Shown here: positions 8,686 to 17,316 of the stretch, piece by piece
Position numbering within the stretch: position 1 is the stretch's first letter
How the letters are laid out: every line of letters starts with the position of its first letter
DNA from: Polyangiales bacterium
GTDB taxonomy: Bacteria > Myxococcota_A > Polyangia > Polyangiales > Houyiibacteriaceae
DNA: 19,670 bases
Direction: 5' to 3'
Assembly: GCA_045106895.1 (NCBI GenBank)
Contig: JBGCFM010000165.1
Span: 1 to 19,670, forward strand
Program-made: the position numbers and the translations under genes
Notes under the pieces: model-generated
The model's database searches: none
Told to the model about the DNA's origin: nothing
Seen by the model: the letters and a program-made list of their open reading frames with translations, nothing else

Positions 8686-10646
8686 ACCTCTCGCGCTTGA
8701 AACGGCGTGCACGTCGCAGGGCCAACGCGCCAAGCCTTGCCGACGCCATCTTCGGCGTTCGCTGGCCACGCTTCCTTCTCCGCCGCGCCGGCTTTCCCGT
8801 TGCGCGCGCACTGCTCTCGTCGTTTCTTCATGCCCTCGAGGCGGCGGCGATGGCTCTGCTCTTCGACCCGGAGTTTCTCACTCCGCTGGTGACGGCGCGT
8901 CTCACGCTGAGCGTGTCCTCCGGCGTTCTTTGGGCCGGCACGGAAGGAGTTCGCCGCGACGTCCGGGCCGCGCTCGCCGTCTCTGATGAAGGGGGCGCCC
9001 AGCACCGTCTGCGACAAGCACTTCGCCGCGGCGTCATCGGCGCTGCGCTCATCCTGGGTGCGGGCGCGTGCTACGTCTACGCCTCGCCGTATCGACCTGG
9101 GTATTTTACCGTCGTCGACGCGTACATCTTGGCCTCGGCGTTACGAATCGCGCTCTCGTTGCCGGTCCGCGTGATGCAAGCGGGAGCGCACGCCGTTCGC
9201 CGGGTCTACCGGCCCTTCGCGTCGTTTCTGGTGCCCGACATCATCGACGGGTTTTCTATCTTCATCCTTTGGCGGTGGTTCGGTCCGTGGTCGGTGCCCC
9301 TCGGAATGGGCATGGTAGGGCTTCTCAAGCTCGCCATCACGTGGCGTTACACCGCCAGCACGTTAGGTCGGCTCCGTTTGACGGGGCCGGGGAGCCACGG
9401 GCCGTCACCCTCACATCCGCGTCCGTCACGCTCGTGGGGCGCCACGATGGCTTGGTGGGTGGCGGGTGCGGCGCAGACCGCGCCAAGCTGGATCGTTCTG
9501 GGTCTATGGGATGAGATGGGCGAGTCCGAAGCGATGGCTGCGACCCTCTGGGTGCTCTACGCCATGCGTCCCATCGCGGCGTTGCTCCCTCGACTCGGCG
9601 GCGTCTTCTACGTGGACCTCGTTCGCGCGAGGCGCATGGGCGAGCTGGCGGAAAAGCGCATGCTACGAAAACTGCGAAGAACCCTCGGCATCGTCGGTCT
9701 GTGCCTCGGCCTCGTCGCGGGCTTTGCGAGTCAGGATATGAGCCTTGGCCTCGCGCTTCTCGGCTTCTACAGCGTCAACGGGCTCTTTGGATTGGAAGCC
9801 GTTCGGGTGATCGCCTTCGCCGCCCCGTGGCGTAGCCTCCTACCAGCGCTCGTCGCGATGCTCCCGGCGTCGCTGATCTGGCTTGGCGCGGACTCGAGTC
9901 TCGTGGTCGGCGTGGCGTCAGCGTCGTTCGCCGTGGGTTTTGTGCTGCTTCGTTCTGTGATTCCACGCCCGGAGAAGGAACTCGATGAAGGACAAGCGCA
10001 GCCGGCCCGAGGAGAAGCCGCGCGGCCGCTCTCACTCATGGCGTGGCTCTCCGTGGACGGGCGAGAGGTGACGACGCTGCTCCGTTCCATCGACTCGCAC
10101 CGTGTGGCCCGTGAGCTCGCGGAAGACCCTCGTTGGCGCGTGACGCGATTGGACCGCTCGCATTTGTTAGTCTTCGGCACACCACCCGAGAGCTGGTCTG
10201 CTCAGACCGCTGGCTTCGCCGAGCTCGCCGTGTCGTCGGCTGCGCACTCCCCGGTGGACGGAGTATTGGAGCTCGCCCAGGCACAGCGCGCGTTGCGTCC
10301 GCTCGCAGCTCAGCTAAGCGCGCCGGTACGGGACGCGGAGCAGCTGATGGACGAACTTCGGGCTGCGTGCGATTCCCTCGTGGTGCTCACGCCGAAGTCC
10401 GGCAACCTCGCAGGTCGGGAATGCGCGGACTCGTTGCGCGAAGCACGACGTTCGGCGTTTGTCAGTTCCGTGCGTCGTGGGCGAAACGACGCGGTCGCGT
10501 TGTGGGAGAAGGGCCGCATGAAGCTCGTCGTGGTGGTTCCGCGCTCGGCGGACCCGGCGAAACGTGCCGCCGTCCGTGAGCAGTTGATGACCCAGTCCGT
10601 GGCGCGAACGGGACAGGGGGCAACACACGCTTCGAGTCTCTCCTGA
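8682..10646 (+). CDS. Multi-pass membrane protein (about 10-12 TM) with C-terminal soluble domain
   Basis: Many hydrophobic segments over the first ~430 aa, then ~200 aa hydrophilic. The GTG start overlaps the RT stop (GTGA). A MOP/flippase-like fold is only a guess. Confidence 0.8.
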   Translation: MNLSRLKRRARRRANAPSLADAIFGVRWPRFLLRRAGFPVARALLSSFLHALEAAAMALLFDPEFLTPLVTARLTLSVSSGVLWAGTEGVRRDVRAALAVSDEGGAQHRLRQALRRGVIGAALILGAGACYVYASPYRPGYFTVVDAYILASALRIALSLPVRVMQAGAHAVRRVYRPFASFLVPDIIDGFSIFILWRWFGPWSVPLGMGMVGLLKLAITWRYTASTLGRLRLTGPGSHGPSPSHPRPSRSWGATMAWWVAGAAQTAPSWIVLGLWDEMGESEAMAATLWVLYAMRPIAALLPRLGGVFYVDLVRARRMGELAEKRMLRKLRRTLGIVGLCLGLVAGFASQDMSLGLALLGFYSVNGLFGLEAVRVIAFAAPWRSLLPALVAMLPASLIWLGADSSLVVGVASASFAVGFVLLRSVIPRPEKELDEGQAQPARGEAARPLSLMAWLSVDGREVTTLLRSIDSHRVARELAEDPRWRVTRLDRSHLLVFGTPPESWSAQTAGFAELAVSSAAHSPVDGVLELAQAQRALRPLAAQLSAPVRDAEQLMDELRAACDSLVVLTPKSGNLAGRECADSLREARRSAFVSSVRRGRNDAVALWEKGRMKLVVVVPRSADPAKRAAVREQLMTQSVARTGQGATHASSLS

Positions 10647-10728
10647 CCTCTCCCCCAAGTTGGCTAGAGCGCGAAGCGCGGCGTCGAAGGCGCTGATGAT
10701 GACCACTATTCCTATGGTAAAAGAGGGA

Positions 10729-11355
10729 GTGACCCGATGTTCTTTCCTTGCGCTCTGCCTCCTCTCGTTGCCCTTGAGTGCTCAGGCCCAACCGGCCGAG
10801 GCCGCATCGCCAGAAACTGAGCAGGCTGACACCGACGGAGACGCGCGAGCCGCATTCGCTGCCGGCAGCGATGCTTTCGAAGCAGGGGCCTACGACGGCG
10901 CTCTTCGCCTTTTTGAGCGCAGCTACGAGCTCTCCGGTCAGCCCGAGCTGCTGTACAATATTGGGCACTGCCATGACCGCCTTCGAAACGATCAGCAGGC
11001 CGTCGCGTCCTTCGAAGCGTATCTAGAAGCGCGCCCCGACGCGGCGACGCGTACTGCCGTGGAACAGCGGCTGAGTATTCTTCGGGAGCGTGTCGCTCAG
11101 CGTGCGCAGCAAGCGGAGCAGCTCGAGGCCGCCGAGCGCCGCGCGATGAACGCTGAGCGTGAACGACTCTCGTTCGAGAGCAGGTCTGCGGAGGAGGAGC
11201 GCCCCATCGTCCGCCAGTGGTGGCTGTGGACCATCGTCGGCGTCATCGTCGTCGGCGCGACCATTGGGATCGTGGCCGCCACGCGCGACCCCGGCGTCGA
11301 GTCGCCGATGCCCGGCGATGGTGGCGTGGTTTACGAAGCGTTGGTGATGCCATGA
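10729..11355 (+). CDS. Secreted TPR protein with C-terminal TM anchor
   Basis: Signal peptide ending AQA-Q. TPR segment FERSYELSGQPELLYNIGHCHDRL, a coiled-coil-like region and the TM segment WWLWTIVGVIVVG. Stop overlaps the next ATG (ATGA). Confidence 0.85.
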   Translation: MTRCSFLALCLLSLPLSAQAQPAEAASPETEQADTDGDARAAFAAGSDAFEAGAYDGALRLFERSYELSGQPELLYNIGHCHDRLRNDQQAVASFEAYLEARPDAATRTAVEQRLSILRERVAQRAQQAEQLEAAERRAMNAERERLSFESRSAEEERPIVRQWWLWTIVGVIVVGATIGIVAATRDPGVESPMPGDGGVVYEALVMP

Positions 11356-13136
11356 GCCGGATGCTGCTTTGCGCAGCGATGCTTGTCGTTTCGAGTTGCA
11401 AGAGTCCCGAGGCAGCAACGCAGATATTGATCCTCGTCGATGCAGATCGAGGTGTGACTGAGCGAGCCACGTCCGTTCGCGTGACGCTTCAGGGGCGGCG
11501 TTCCGGCGACCTCAGCGACCCACAGTTCGCGGACTACGGCCCCGGTGGCTTGCCCCTCGACTTTCCGCTCCGCGTTGCCGTGGTGCCCCAGGGCAACGAC
11601 GCCACGCGCACCCTTGATGTCGCCGTCACTGGCTCCGACGCCGACGGCGTTTTCATTCGCGCCGACGTTGTGACTGGCTTCGTCCCGGCCTCGACCCTTG
11701 CGCTCCGAATTACCCTCACGTCTGCGTGCATCGACTCTACCTGCAATTTGGCGGACGGTGAGACATGCCAGCCGGATGGCACATGTGGTCCCGTGGACGG
11801 GCCGACGCTCACGCCTCTCGACGGAGGGGTCATGGACGTTGGCCCACGCGATGCCGGCGTCGATGCGAGTGACACGAACGTGCCTGACGCAACGATGGAT
11901 GGTGGATGCGTCGTGGATGGATCGCGCTGCAGCGAAGACGGAACTCTGCTCATCACGTGCGACATGGGCGTGGCGACGACGGAGACATGCACCTGCGCTG
12001 AGGTCGCCGGGGAGTCGGCCTGCCAGCCCGTTCCTAGAAACGTCACGGACGAGATCGCGTTGCGTTTCGACGCCCCAGCAGACTTTGCGACGGAGGTCGG
12101 AGACGCTGTCGAGTTTGATGTCGACGACGGTTCGATTCGTGTGAACGGGGTGCCCGTCCGGGCCGGCGCCGGCGGGCTGAGTAATGACATCTACTTCGCT
12201 TCGCGCACCGTCGGCGAGACACTCGAAACCGTCGCCATCTGGGGGTTCCGAACGCTCACGCTCCGAGGGGCCGTCGAGTTTGTCGGCGGGCGCCCCGCCA
12301 TTGTCCTCGCGAGCGGCGACATCGATATTGAAGGGCGCGTGGATCTCTCAGCGGCCGGGCGTGTGGGACGCTTGGGTGGCCAAGACGGTGTGGCCGGCCT
12401 TGATGGTCTGCTCGCCGGCGTCGGAGGCCTCGCATCCACCCCCATCAACAACCAAGGAACCGGGGCAGCTGGAGGAGCGGGCGGCCGAAGCGCTGGCGGC
12501 GACGGCGGAGCAGATTCGGTTCGCGGCGCGGGCGGCGGCGGCGATGTCCTATCGACCATGGGACAGCCGCTTGTTGGCGGCGGCTCGGGCGGTGGCTCGT
12601 CACTCCTTCAAGGTGGCGCTGTGGTGGCTCGAAGCACCGGCGGCGGCGGCGGCGGCGCCATTCAGTTCTTCTCGCGCACCACCATTCGAGTCGCCGAAGG
12701 CGGCGTCATCGCAGCGCACGGCGGCGGCGGCACCAGCGTTCGAAACACCGGCGGCGCAGGAGGCGGTGCGGGCGGCATGGTTCTTCTGGAGGCGCCGGAC
12801 ATCATCGTCGATGGCGGCATCTTCGTGAACGGCGGCAGCGGCGCGAGCGGGACCTATGAGGACGAGCCAGGCAACAACGGCCGAAACGGGCAAGACGGCT
12901 CGGTTCCCGCCGCCGGGGCAGACCCAATAGTCAGTGCTCGGACCGCCGGCCGTGGCGGCGACGGAGGCGCGGCGGACGTTCCTCCGACAAATGGCGATGC
13001 TGCGCCTCCGCGCATAAACGGGACGTCTGTCCACGGAGCGGGTGGAGGAGGCGGTTCCGCCGGCTTCATTTTCGTTGCCGGTGAGCGAGTCACCACGCCT
13101 TCCGGCGCCACCGTTCTCGACCTTCTCTTCGACTAG
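11352..13136 (+). CDS. Lipoprotein with Gly-rich C-terminal domain
   Basis: Lipobox VSSC. The N-domain resembles that of 5118-7196. Repeated GGGGGGAI / GGAGGMVLLEA / GGGGGSAGFI Gly-rich units. Confidence 0.85.
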   Translation: MSRMLLCAAMLVVSSCKSPEAATQILILVDADRGVTERATSVRVTLQGRRSGDLSDPQFADYGPGGLPLDFPLRVAVVPQGNDATRTLDVAVTGSDADGVFIRADVVTGFVPASTLALRITLTSACIDSTCNLADGETCQPDGTCGPVDGPTLTPLDGGVMDVGPRDAGVDASDTNVPDATMDGGCVVDGSRCSEDGTLLITCDMGVATTETCTCAEVAGESACQPVPRNVTDEIALRFDAPADFATEVGDAVEFDVDDGSIRVNGVPVRAGAGGLSNDIYFASRTVGETLETVAIWGFRTLTLRGAVEFVGGRPAIVLASGDIDIEGRVDLSAAGRVGRLGGQDGVAGLDGLLAGVGGLASTPINNQGTGAAGGAGGRSAGGDGGADSVRGAGGGGDVLSTMGQPLVGGGSGGGSSLLQGGAVVARSTGGGGGGAIQFFSRTTIRVAEGGVIAAHGGGGTSVRNTGGAGGGAGGMVLLEAPDIIVDGGIFVNGGSGASGTYEDEPGNNGRNGQDGSVPAAGADPIVSARTAGRGGDGGAADVPPTNGDAAPPRINGTSVHGAGGGGGSAGFIFVAGERVTTPSGATVLDLLFD

Positions 13137-13786
13137 ACGGGCGGCGCAGCGAGGAGCTTGTGCCTCTTGGTAAAGACCGTCGCGAAGCTGAATCCCGCCG
13201 ACTGCCAGAACCATACGCTCGTTCCCAGGAAACCAACGCCGAGGCCGAGGAGCCCCAAGAAAGACGACAAGAGCAGCGTCACGACGATGCCCCAGGCGCG
13301 CCAATAGTCAGCGCCGCCTTCGTGGACACGCCTCAGCGCGCGCCTTGGATCGAAGATCTCTCGGACATCGAAGGACCGGCAGTAGAAGGTCATGTAGCCG
13401 GGGATCGCGATGGTGGCGATGAGGGCCAAGGCGAGCGCCAGACCGGCGAGCCACACCGCGCCTAGCCCATACGCGATGGCCGCCACGATGAAGGAAGGCG
13501 TGTAGTAGTAGAGCATTCCCGCGAAGGTGATCGCGCCGTGCTTGAGGAGTGCTCGCTTGTCCGTCCACGCAGGGAAAGGCGCCTGTCCCTGGTGCATCCG
13601 GTGCACAAAGATGATTCGGTGACCCATGTTGAGAAGCCATCCAACAATGGGGACCAAAAGCCAGAGCGCTCCCACGAGGACCTCCCGGCGCGAGTCTGCG
13701 TTTTGTATTGGAAAGCGGGCCGACGTCTTGAGCGAGAGCGGGGTCTGAAGGGTGATGGCCTCCGGCTGTGATGACGTCTCGCTCAT
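13133..13786 (-). CDS. DUF4013-like membrane protein
   Basis: EVLVGALWLLVPIVGWLLNMGH...FPAW pattern with several TM helices. Alternative start at 13819. Confidence 0.75.
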   Translation of the reverse strand: MSETSSQPEAITLQTPLSLKTSARFPIQNADSRREVLVGALWLLVPIVGWLLNMGHRIIFVHRMHQGQAPFPAWTDKRALLKHGAITFAGMLYYYTPSFIVAAIAYGLGAVWLAGLALALALIATIAIPGYMTFYCRSFDVREIFDPRRALRRVHEGGADYWRAWGIVVTLLLSSFLGLLGLGVGFLGTSVWFWQSAGFSFATVFTKRHKLLAAPPV

Positions 13787-13885
13787 GCGCTTCCAGGCTC
13801 GTTCTTGCAGATCGTCCACGGTGTCGCCACGAGCGCCCAGCGGAGTAGGGCGCTAACGTTCGCCGCCGTCGTGCATACCCTGCGT

Positions 13886-14704
13886 ATGAGACTTAGAAAA
13901 ACCCTCGGGGCTGTCCTTGGGGCCGTTTTGCTGATGCTGAGCGGAGGTTGGTTTCTTCTTGGTTTTACGTGTGTCGACTTCGGGGAGGCGCCAAGCGGAT
14001 TCGATGCGGAAGAGCGACTCGACGCTCTGCTCGAAGACGCTCTTCGCGACGGCGGCGTGGACTACGCGGCCGTGCGCGCGTTCGGGCGCGGAGCCGGTGT
14101 GGACGAGCTCGCCGCATTCTATGCGCAACCTGGCCCTACGGAACGCGACGCGCGACTCGCCTACTCCATCAACGCGTACAACTCGACGGTCCTGGCGCTT
14201 GTGGCGCGCCGGCATCCGCAGCGTTCCATCCATGAAGTGCGCGGTCTCATCGAGCCGGAGCCGGGCTTTGGCTTCTTCTATGCGCAACGTTTCGACTTCG
14301 ACGGGTCGGGGACCAACCTCTATGACCTCGAGAACGACGTCATTCGCTCCTTTGGCGATGCGCGAATTCACGCGGCCATCAACTGCGCGTCCGCTTCTTG
14401 CCCTTCGCTCTATGAACGCGCCTTTCGCCCGGAACTCCTCGACGATCAGCTGAACGAAGTCACGCGACGTTTTGTGTCGGACCCGCGGCACGTCCGCTAC
14501 GACGCCGACGCCGGAGTTCTTCACCTTACGGCCATCTTTGACTGGTTCTCGGCGGATTTCGAAGCCCACCGCCTGCCCAACGGCGAAGAGGGCCTCCACG
14601 CTTTTCTCCGCGCTTTCTGCGAAAATCCTTCGTGCGAAGCGCCAAATGACGTGGAAATCCGCTTCAACGACTACGACTGGTCCCTCAACGCGGCACGCGA
14701 CTAG
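13886..14704 (+). CDS. DUF547 domain protein
   Basis: VDYAA, LAYSINAYN, DARIHAAINCASASCP, IFDWFSADF and YDWSLN are hallmark DUF547 motifs. N-terminal signal/TM segment. Confidence 0.9.
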   Translation: MRLRKTLGAVLGAVLLMLSGGWFLLGFTCVDFGEAPSGFDAEERLDALLEDALRDGGVDYAAVRAFGRGAGVDELAAFYAQPGPTERDARLAYSINAYNSTVLALVARRHPQRSIHEVRGLIEPEPGFGFFYAQRFDFDGSGTNLYDLENDVIRSFGDARIHAAINCASASCPSLYERAFRPELLDDQLNEVTRRFVSDPRHVRYDADAGVLHLTAIFDWFSADFEAHRLPNGEEGLHAFLRAFCENPSCEAPNDVEIRFNDYDWSLNAARD

Positions 14705-14734
14705 GGGGACTAGCGCGGACCGCAGACCTCGCTC

Positions 14735-15451
14735 ATGCTGCGTCCGCTCATGTTGCTCCGCGTCCCGCTTTCAGCTTTGTGTCTGCTCGCAGTGCTCCCG
14801 TCGCTCGCGATGGCACAAGGCGGTGCCGGCGTTCGTTTTGCGGCGGCAGGCCTGCAGCCGGAGAACGGTCCGCTGAGTGTGTCGCTCGCGCGAGCGCTTC
14901 GAACGCGCACGATGGCGTTCCATGCTTGTTTTGAGCACCGCGCCGCCGACCGCCCGCGGCAAGGTGTCGTACGCCTGGACCTGCATTTTGGCGTTCGTTC
15001 ACCAACGTCGACGACGATGGCGATTCAGGGAGCCGGCCGACTCGGCATCGATGAGGGCCTCACCGCCTGCATCAAGCGAGAGGTCGTCCGCGCTATTGCG
15101 ACGTTCCCCGTACAACATCGACGCTACCGAGCCCGTCTTCTGATGCATATCGATGTGCCGCACAACGGCGCCGGAGAGCCGAGCGCGGAGCGCCTTCGCA
15201 TCGAGGAACGTGCACGTCACGCGCAGGTAGAGTCGGCGGAGGCCATCGCCATGGCGAGCGCCGCTCGACGACGAAGCAATTGTCTGTTTCGCGCCGCGGG
15301 CGAAGTGCGCGCGGCGGCGACGGAACACGCGAACGCCGGCGGAACCCGGACGAGTACTCGGCGACTTCAAGCGGCGACGGCAGCCCTGCGCGCCTGCAGC
15401 GACGAACCCTCCGGCGAGCCCGCCGGCGAAACCGTCACAGTCGCAGACTAG
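14735..15451 (+). CDS. Secreted hypothetical protein, possibly with an AgmX/PglI-C-like domain
   Basis: Signal peptide ending AMA-Q. The pattern FHACFE...GVVRLDLHF...LTACIKREV...FP is reminiscent of myxobacterial TonB-C-like domains. Confidence 0.6.
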   Translation: MLRPLMLLRVPLSALCLLAVLPSLAMAQGGAGVRFAAAGLQPENGPLSVSLARALRTRTMAFHACFEHRAADRPRQGVVRLDLHFGVRSPTSTTMAIQGAGRLGIDEGLTACIKREVVRAIATFPVQHRRYRARLLMHIDVPHNGAGEPSAERLRIEERARHAQVESAEAIAMASAARRRSNCLFRAAGEVRAAATEHANAGGTRTSTRRLQAATAALRACSDEPSGEPAGETVTVAD

Positions 15452-15527
15452 TGGTTCGGAACGGTGGATTCGAACCACCACCTCACGGATTCAAAGTCCG
15501 GCGTCCTGACCATTGGACCAGCTCCGA
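15452..15527 (-). tRNA. trnQ: tRNA-Gln(UUG)
   Basis: Acceptor TCGGAGC/GTTCCGA, loop CT-TTG-AA, T-loop TTCGAAT, CCA encoded. Confidence 0.9.
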
Positions 15528-15537
15528 TTATCGATTT

Positions 15538-15579
15538 GGAGCCGCGAAGCGGCGAGGGAGCTTTGCAAAGCTCCCTCAT
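15538..15579. repeat. REP-like palindromic repeat copy
   Basis: GAGGGAGCTTTGCAAAGCTCCCTC palindrome preceded by a GCCGC-GAA-GCGGC hairpin. Confidence 0.8.
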
Positions 15580-15588
15580 CAATAGAGG

Positions 15589-15664
15589 TACCGTCGACGG
15601 GGATCGAACCCGCGACCTCTGGACTGAAAAACCAGCGACCCGAACCAACAGAGTCTTCGACGGC
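15589..15664 (-). tRNA. trnE: tRNA-Glu(UUC)
   Basis: Acceptor GCCGTCG/CGACGGT, loop TT-TTC-AG, T-loop TTCGATC. Followed by CCT. Confidence 0.8.
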
Positions 15665-15670
15665 AGAACG

Positions 15671-15746
15671 TGGAGCCGATGGGGGGAATCGAACCCCCGG
15701 CCTCCCGATTACGAAACGGGCGCTCGACCAATCGAGCTACATCGGC
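15671..15746 (-). tRNA. trnT: tRNA-Thr(CGU)
   Basis: Acceptor GCCGATG/CATCGGC, loop TT-CGT-AA, CCA encoded. Confidence 0.92.
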
Positions 15747-15771
15747 AGCGAAGACTCTTGCGGTGAGGCGA

Positions 15772-15804
15772 CGGGAAGCTCGCGCGGATGGCACGAGCTT
15801 CCCG
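15772..15804. other. 11-bp inverted repeat downstream of the RNA ligase
   Basis: CGGGAAGCTCG-N11-CGAGCTTCCCG. No U-tract, so more likely a stabilising or processing hairpin than an intrinsic terminator. Confidence 0.55.
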
Positions 15805-15827
15805 GAGGCGCGCTGTTCCAGACCGTT

Positions 15828-16862
15828 CTAGACCAGCGCTGCTGCGTTCACGCGCTCCATGAAGAAGTCGCGTGCCTTACGTGTGATCGCTCTCGACATG
15901 GCCTTCCAGTCGAGTCCGTTATCTTCGAGCTCCGGCTCACACTCACGACGTACATCCTGCGCCACCCACTTCAAGAAGTGAGGCAAAGAACGCATCTCGA
16001 AGGCGTGGCCCATTTCGCGAACGGCACCCAAGCCTTGATCGAGGCGGGCGTCGGTTACGGCGAACTCAACGAAGTCCGAGATGCCCTGAAGGACTTCCGG
16101 CGTTAGCTGAAGCTTGGGCTTCTTCGGCTTCACGATCTGGTGCTTTTGACCTTTGGTCTTGAACATCAGATCCGAGTTGCCCCAGTGCTCTCCAAGTGGA
16201 GCCCAAACGAGGCCTTCTCCCACGCCCGGGGTATCGAAACGTTTCGCCCAAGGGCAAGCCGCTTCGACTTCCGCCGTCGCCGCCGTCGCGGTCTCAAGGG
16301 CTTGGGTCTTGCTCGCAGTCGATTGGTAGTCGACCACGATTTCGAGAACCGGCGCGTCCATCACTGAATAGATGTTGACGTCGGCAAACTCGTTTCCCAG
16401 CCGTGGAAGCGCGTCGATGTACTGGCCCTCTTCGCCGGAAATAAGTCGAACGGCGAAGAGGACCCACTGCTTTTCCGGAAGTGCGGAAAGGGCGACTCCC
16501 TTTTGCACACCGGGACCAATCCACTCACCGAAGAGCACGAGCGACGCCGAAGCTTCAACTTCGTGCGCTGCGCGGATGCGTGCTTCGATGGTGCGGATGG
16601 CTTGCTGCGTGTCCTCAAGGGCGACAAATGCAGCGAAGCCATAGTTGTCGTCCTTGGGCGTGATCTCGCGTGTTCGCGACTGCGCGATGAGCAAACCCGG
16701 CGTGCAATGGACGCCGGAGTTGGAGCCGTGAAGCTTGACCGTTCCGCGGTAACGGACGGGGGTGCTGATCACGTAGCGCTCTGGGATCTCCGGGTCTTCG
16801 CGCATCTGATCGAGGTAACGCGCTACCTGGTAGAAGGCGCTGATGTGGGTGAACTTGTGCAT
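15828..16862 (-). CDS. ATP-dependent RNA ligase, Rnl2 family
   Basis: Motif I KLHGSN, III LFGEWIG, IIIa WVLFAV, IV GEGLVW and V FKTKG. The C-domain VTDARL...VAQDVRRE resembles T4 Rnl2. Strong SD AAGGAGG. Confidence 0.9.
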   Translation of the reverse strand: MHKFTHISAFYQVARYLDQMREDPEIPERYVISTPVRYRGTVKLHGSNSGVHCTPGLLIAQSRTREITPKDDNYGFAAFVALEDTQQAIRTIEARIRAAHEVEASASLVLFGEWIGPGVQKGVALSALPEKQWVLFAVRLISGEEGQYIDALPRLGNEFADVNIYSVMDAPVLEIVVDYQSTASKTQALETATAATAEVEAACPWAKRFDTPGVGEGLVWAPLGEHWGNSDLMFKTKGQKHQIVKPKKPKLQLTPEVLQGISDFVEFAVTDARLDQGLGAVREMGHAFEMRSLPHFLKWVAQDVRRECEPELEDNGLDWKAMSRAITRKARDFFMERVNAAALV

Positions 16863-16905
16863 TGGCTTGCCTCCTTTTCAGGCAGTGTCTTGGTGTGTTG
16901 ACGAG

Positions 16906-16982
16906 TGGCGTCCCCGGGGGGACTTGAACCCCCGTTGCCCGATTGAGAGTCGGGTGTCCTGGGCCGTCTAGACGACGGGGAC
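16906..16982 (-). tRNA. trnE: tRNA-Glu(CUC)
   Basis: Acceptor GTCCCCG/CGGGGAC, loop CT-CTC-AA, CCA encoded. Confidence 0.93.
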
Positions 16983-17015
16983 TTGTTTCGTCGCTCTCCC
17001 GGAGGAGCGCGTCGG

Positions 17016-17098
17016 CGGAGAGAAGAGGAATCGAACCCCACGGCCGGAGCCGCACTTTGGTTAGCAACCAAGCTCGATGCCACATCGAGTTACTCTCC
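17016..17098 (-). tRNA. trnS: tRNA-Ser(GCU)
   Basis: Acceptor GGAGAG/CTCTCC, G73, loop TT-GCT-AA, long variable arm. Followed by CCG. Confidence 0.8.
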
Positions 17099-17105
17099 AT
17101 AATAA

Positions 17106-17166
17106 GGTGCCCCTGACGCATGACGTCGACGTCGACGATGCCGCGGGCCCGGCATGCGTCAGGGGC
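17106..17166 (-). ncRNA. Candidate structured RNA: 14-bp stem ending in A-CC
   Basis: GCCCCTGACGCATG-N30-CATGCGTCAGGGGC followed by ACC on the minus strand. Confidence 0.35.
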
Positions 17167-17186
17167 GAATGATCTTTCGATCGAGG

Positions 17187-17260
17187 TCGGAGTGACAGGA
17201 TTTGAACCTGCGACTTCCCGGTCCCAAACCGGGCGCGCTTCCAGGCTGCGCCACACTCCG
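17187..17260 (-). tRNA. trnP: tRNA-Pro(UGG)
   Basis: Acceptor CGGAGTG/CACTCCG, loop TT-TGG-GA. Followed by CCT. Confidence 0.94.
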
Positions 17261-17316
17261 TGATGTCCCCGGCCGGAGCCGGGAACGGCTAGAGAAAAGG
17301 GAGGTCGCTGATGAAT

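Noticed and set aside
7197..8800. Group II intron
   Set aside because: No space for, or sign of, the several-hundred-nt ribozyme. No domain V/VI after the ORF, and the next gene overlaps the RT stop.
11217..11351. N-terminal extension of the Gly-rich lipoprotein ORF
   Set aside because: It overlaps the TPR gene. ATG 11352 gives a proper lipoprotein signal peptide and ATGA coupling.
12400..13080. PE-PGRS protein
   Set aside because: Gly-rich only, with no PE domain. The context is a lipoprotein in a non-mycobacterial-looking locus.
5118..13136. Diversity-generating retroelement acting on the flanking lipoproteins
   Set aside because: No ~100-bp repeat pair differing at adenines was found by eye, there is no avd-like gene, and the RT lacks the GxxxSQ motif. 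A self dot-plot would settle it.
15452..15527. Prophage or island attachment site at the array end
   Set aside because: No integrase and no duplicated tRNA 3' end is visible within the window.
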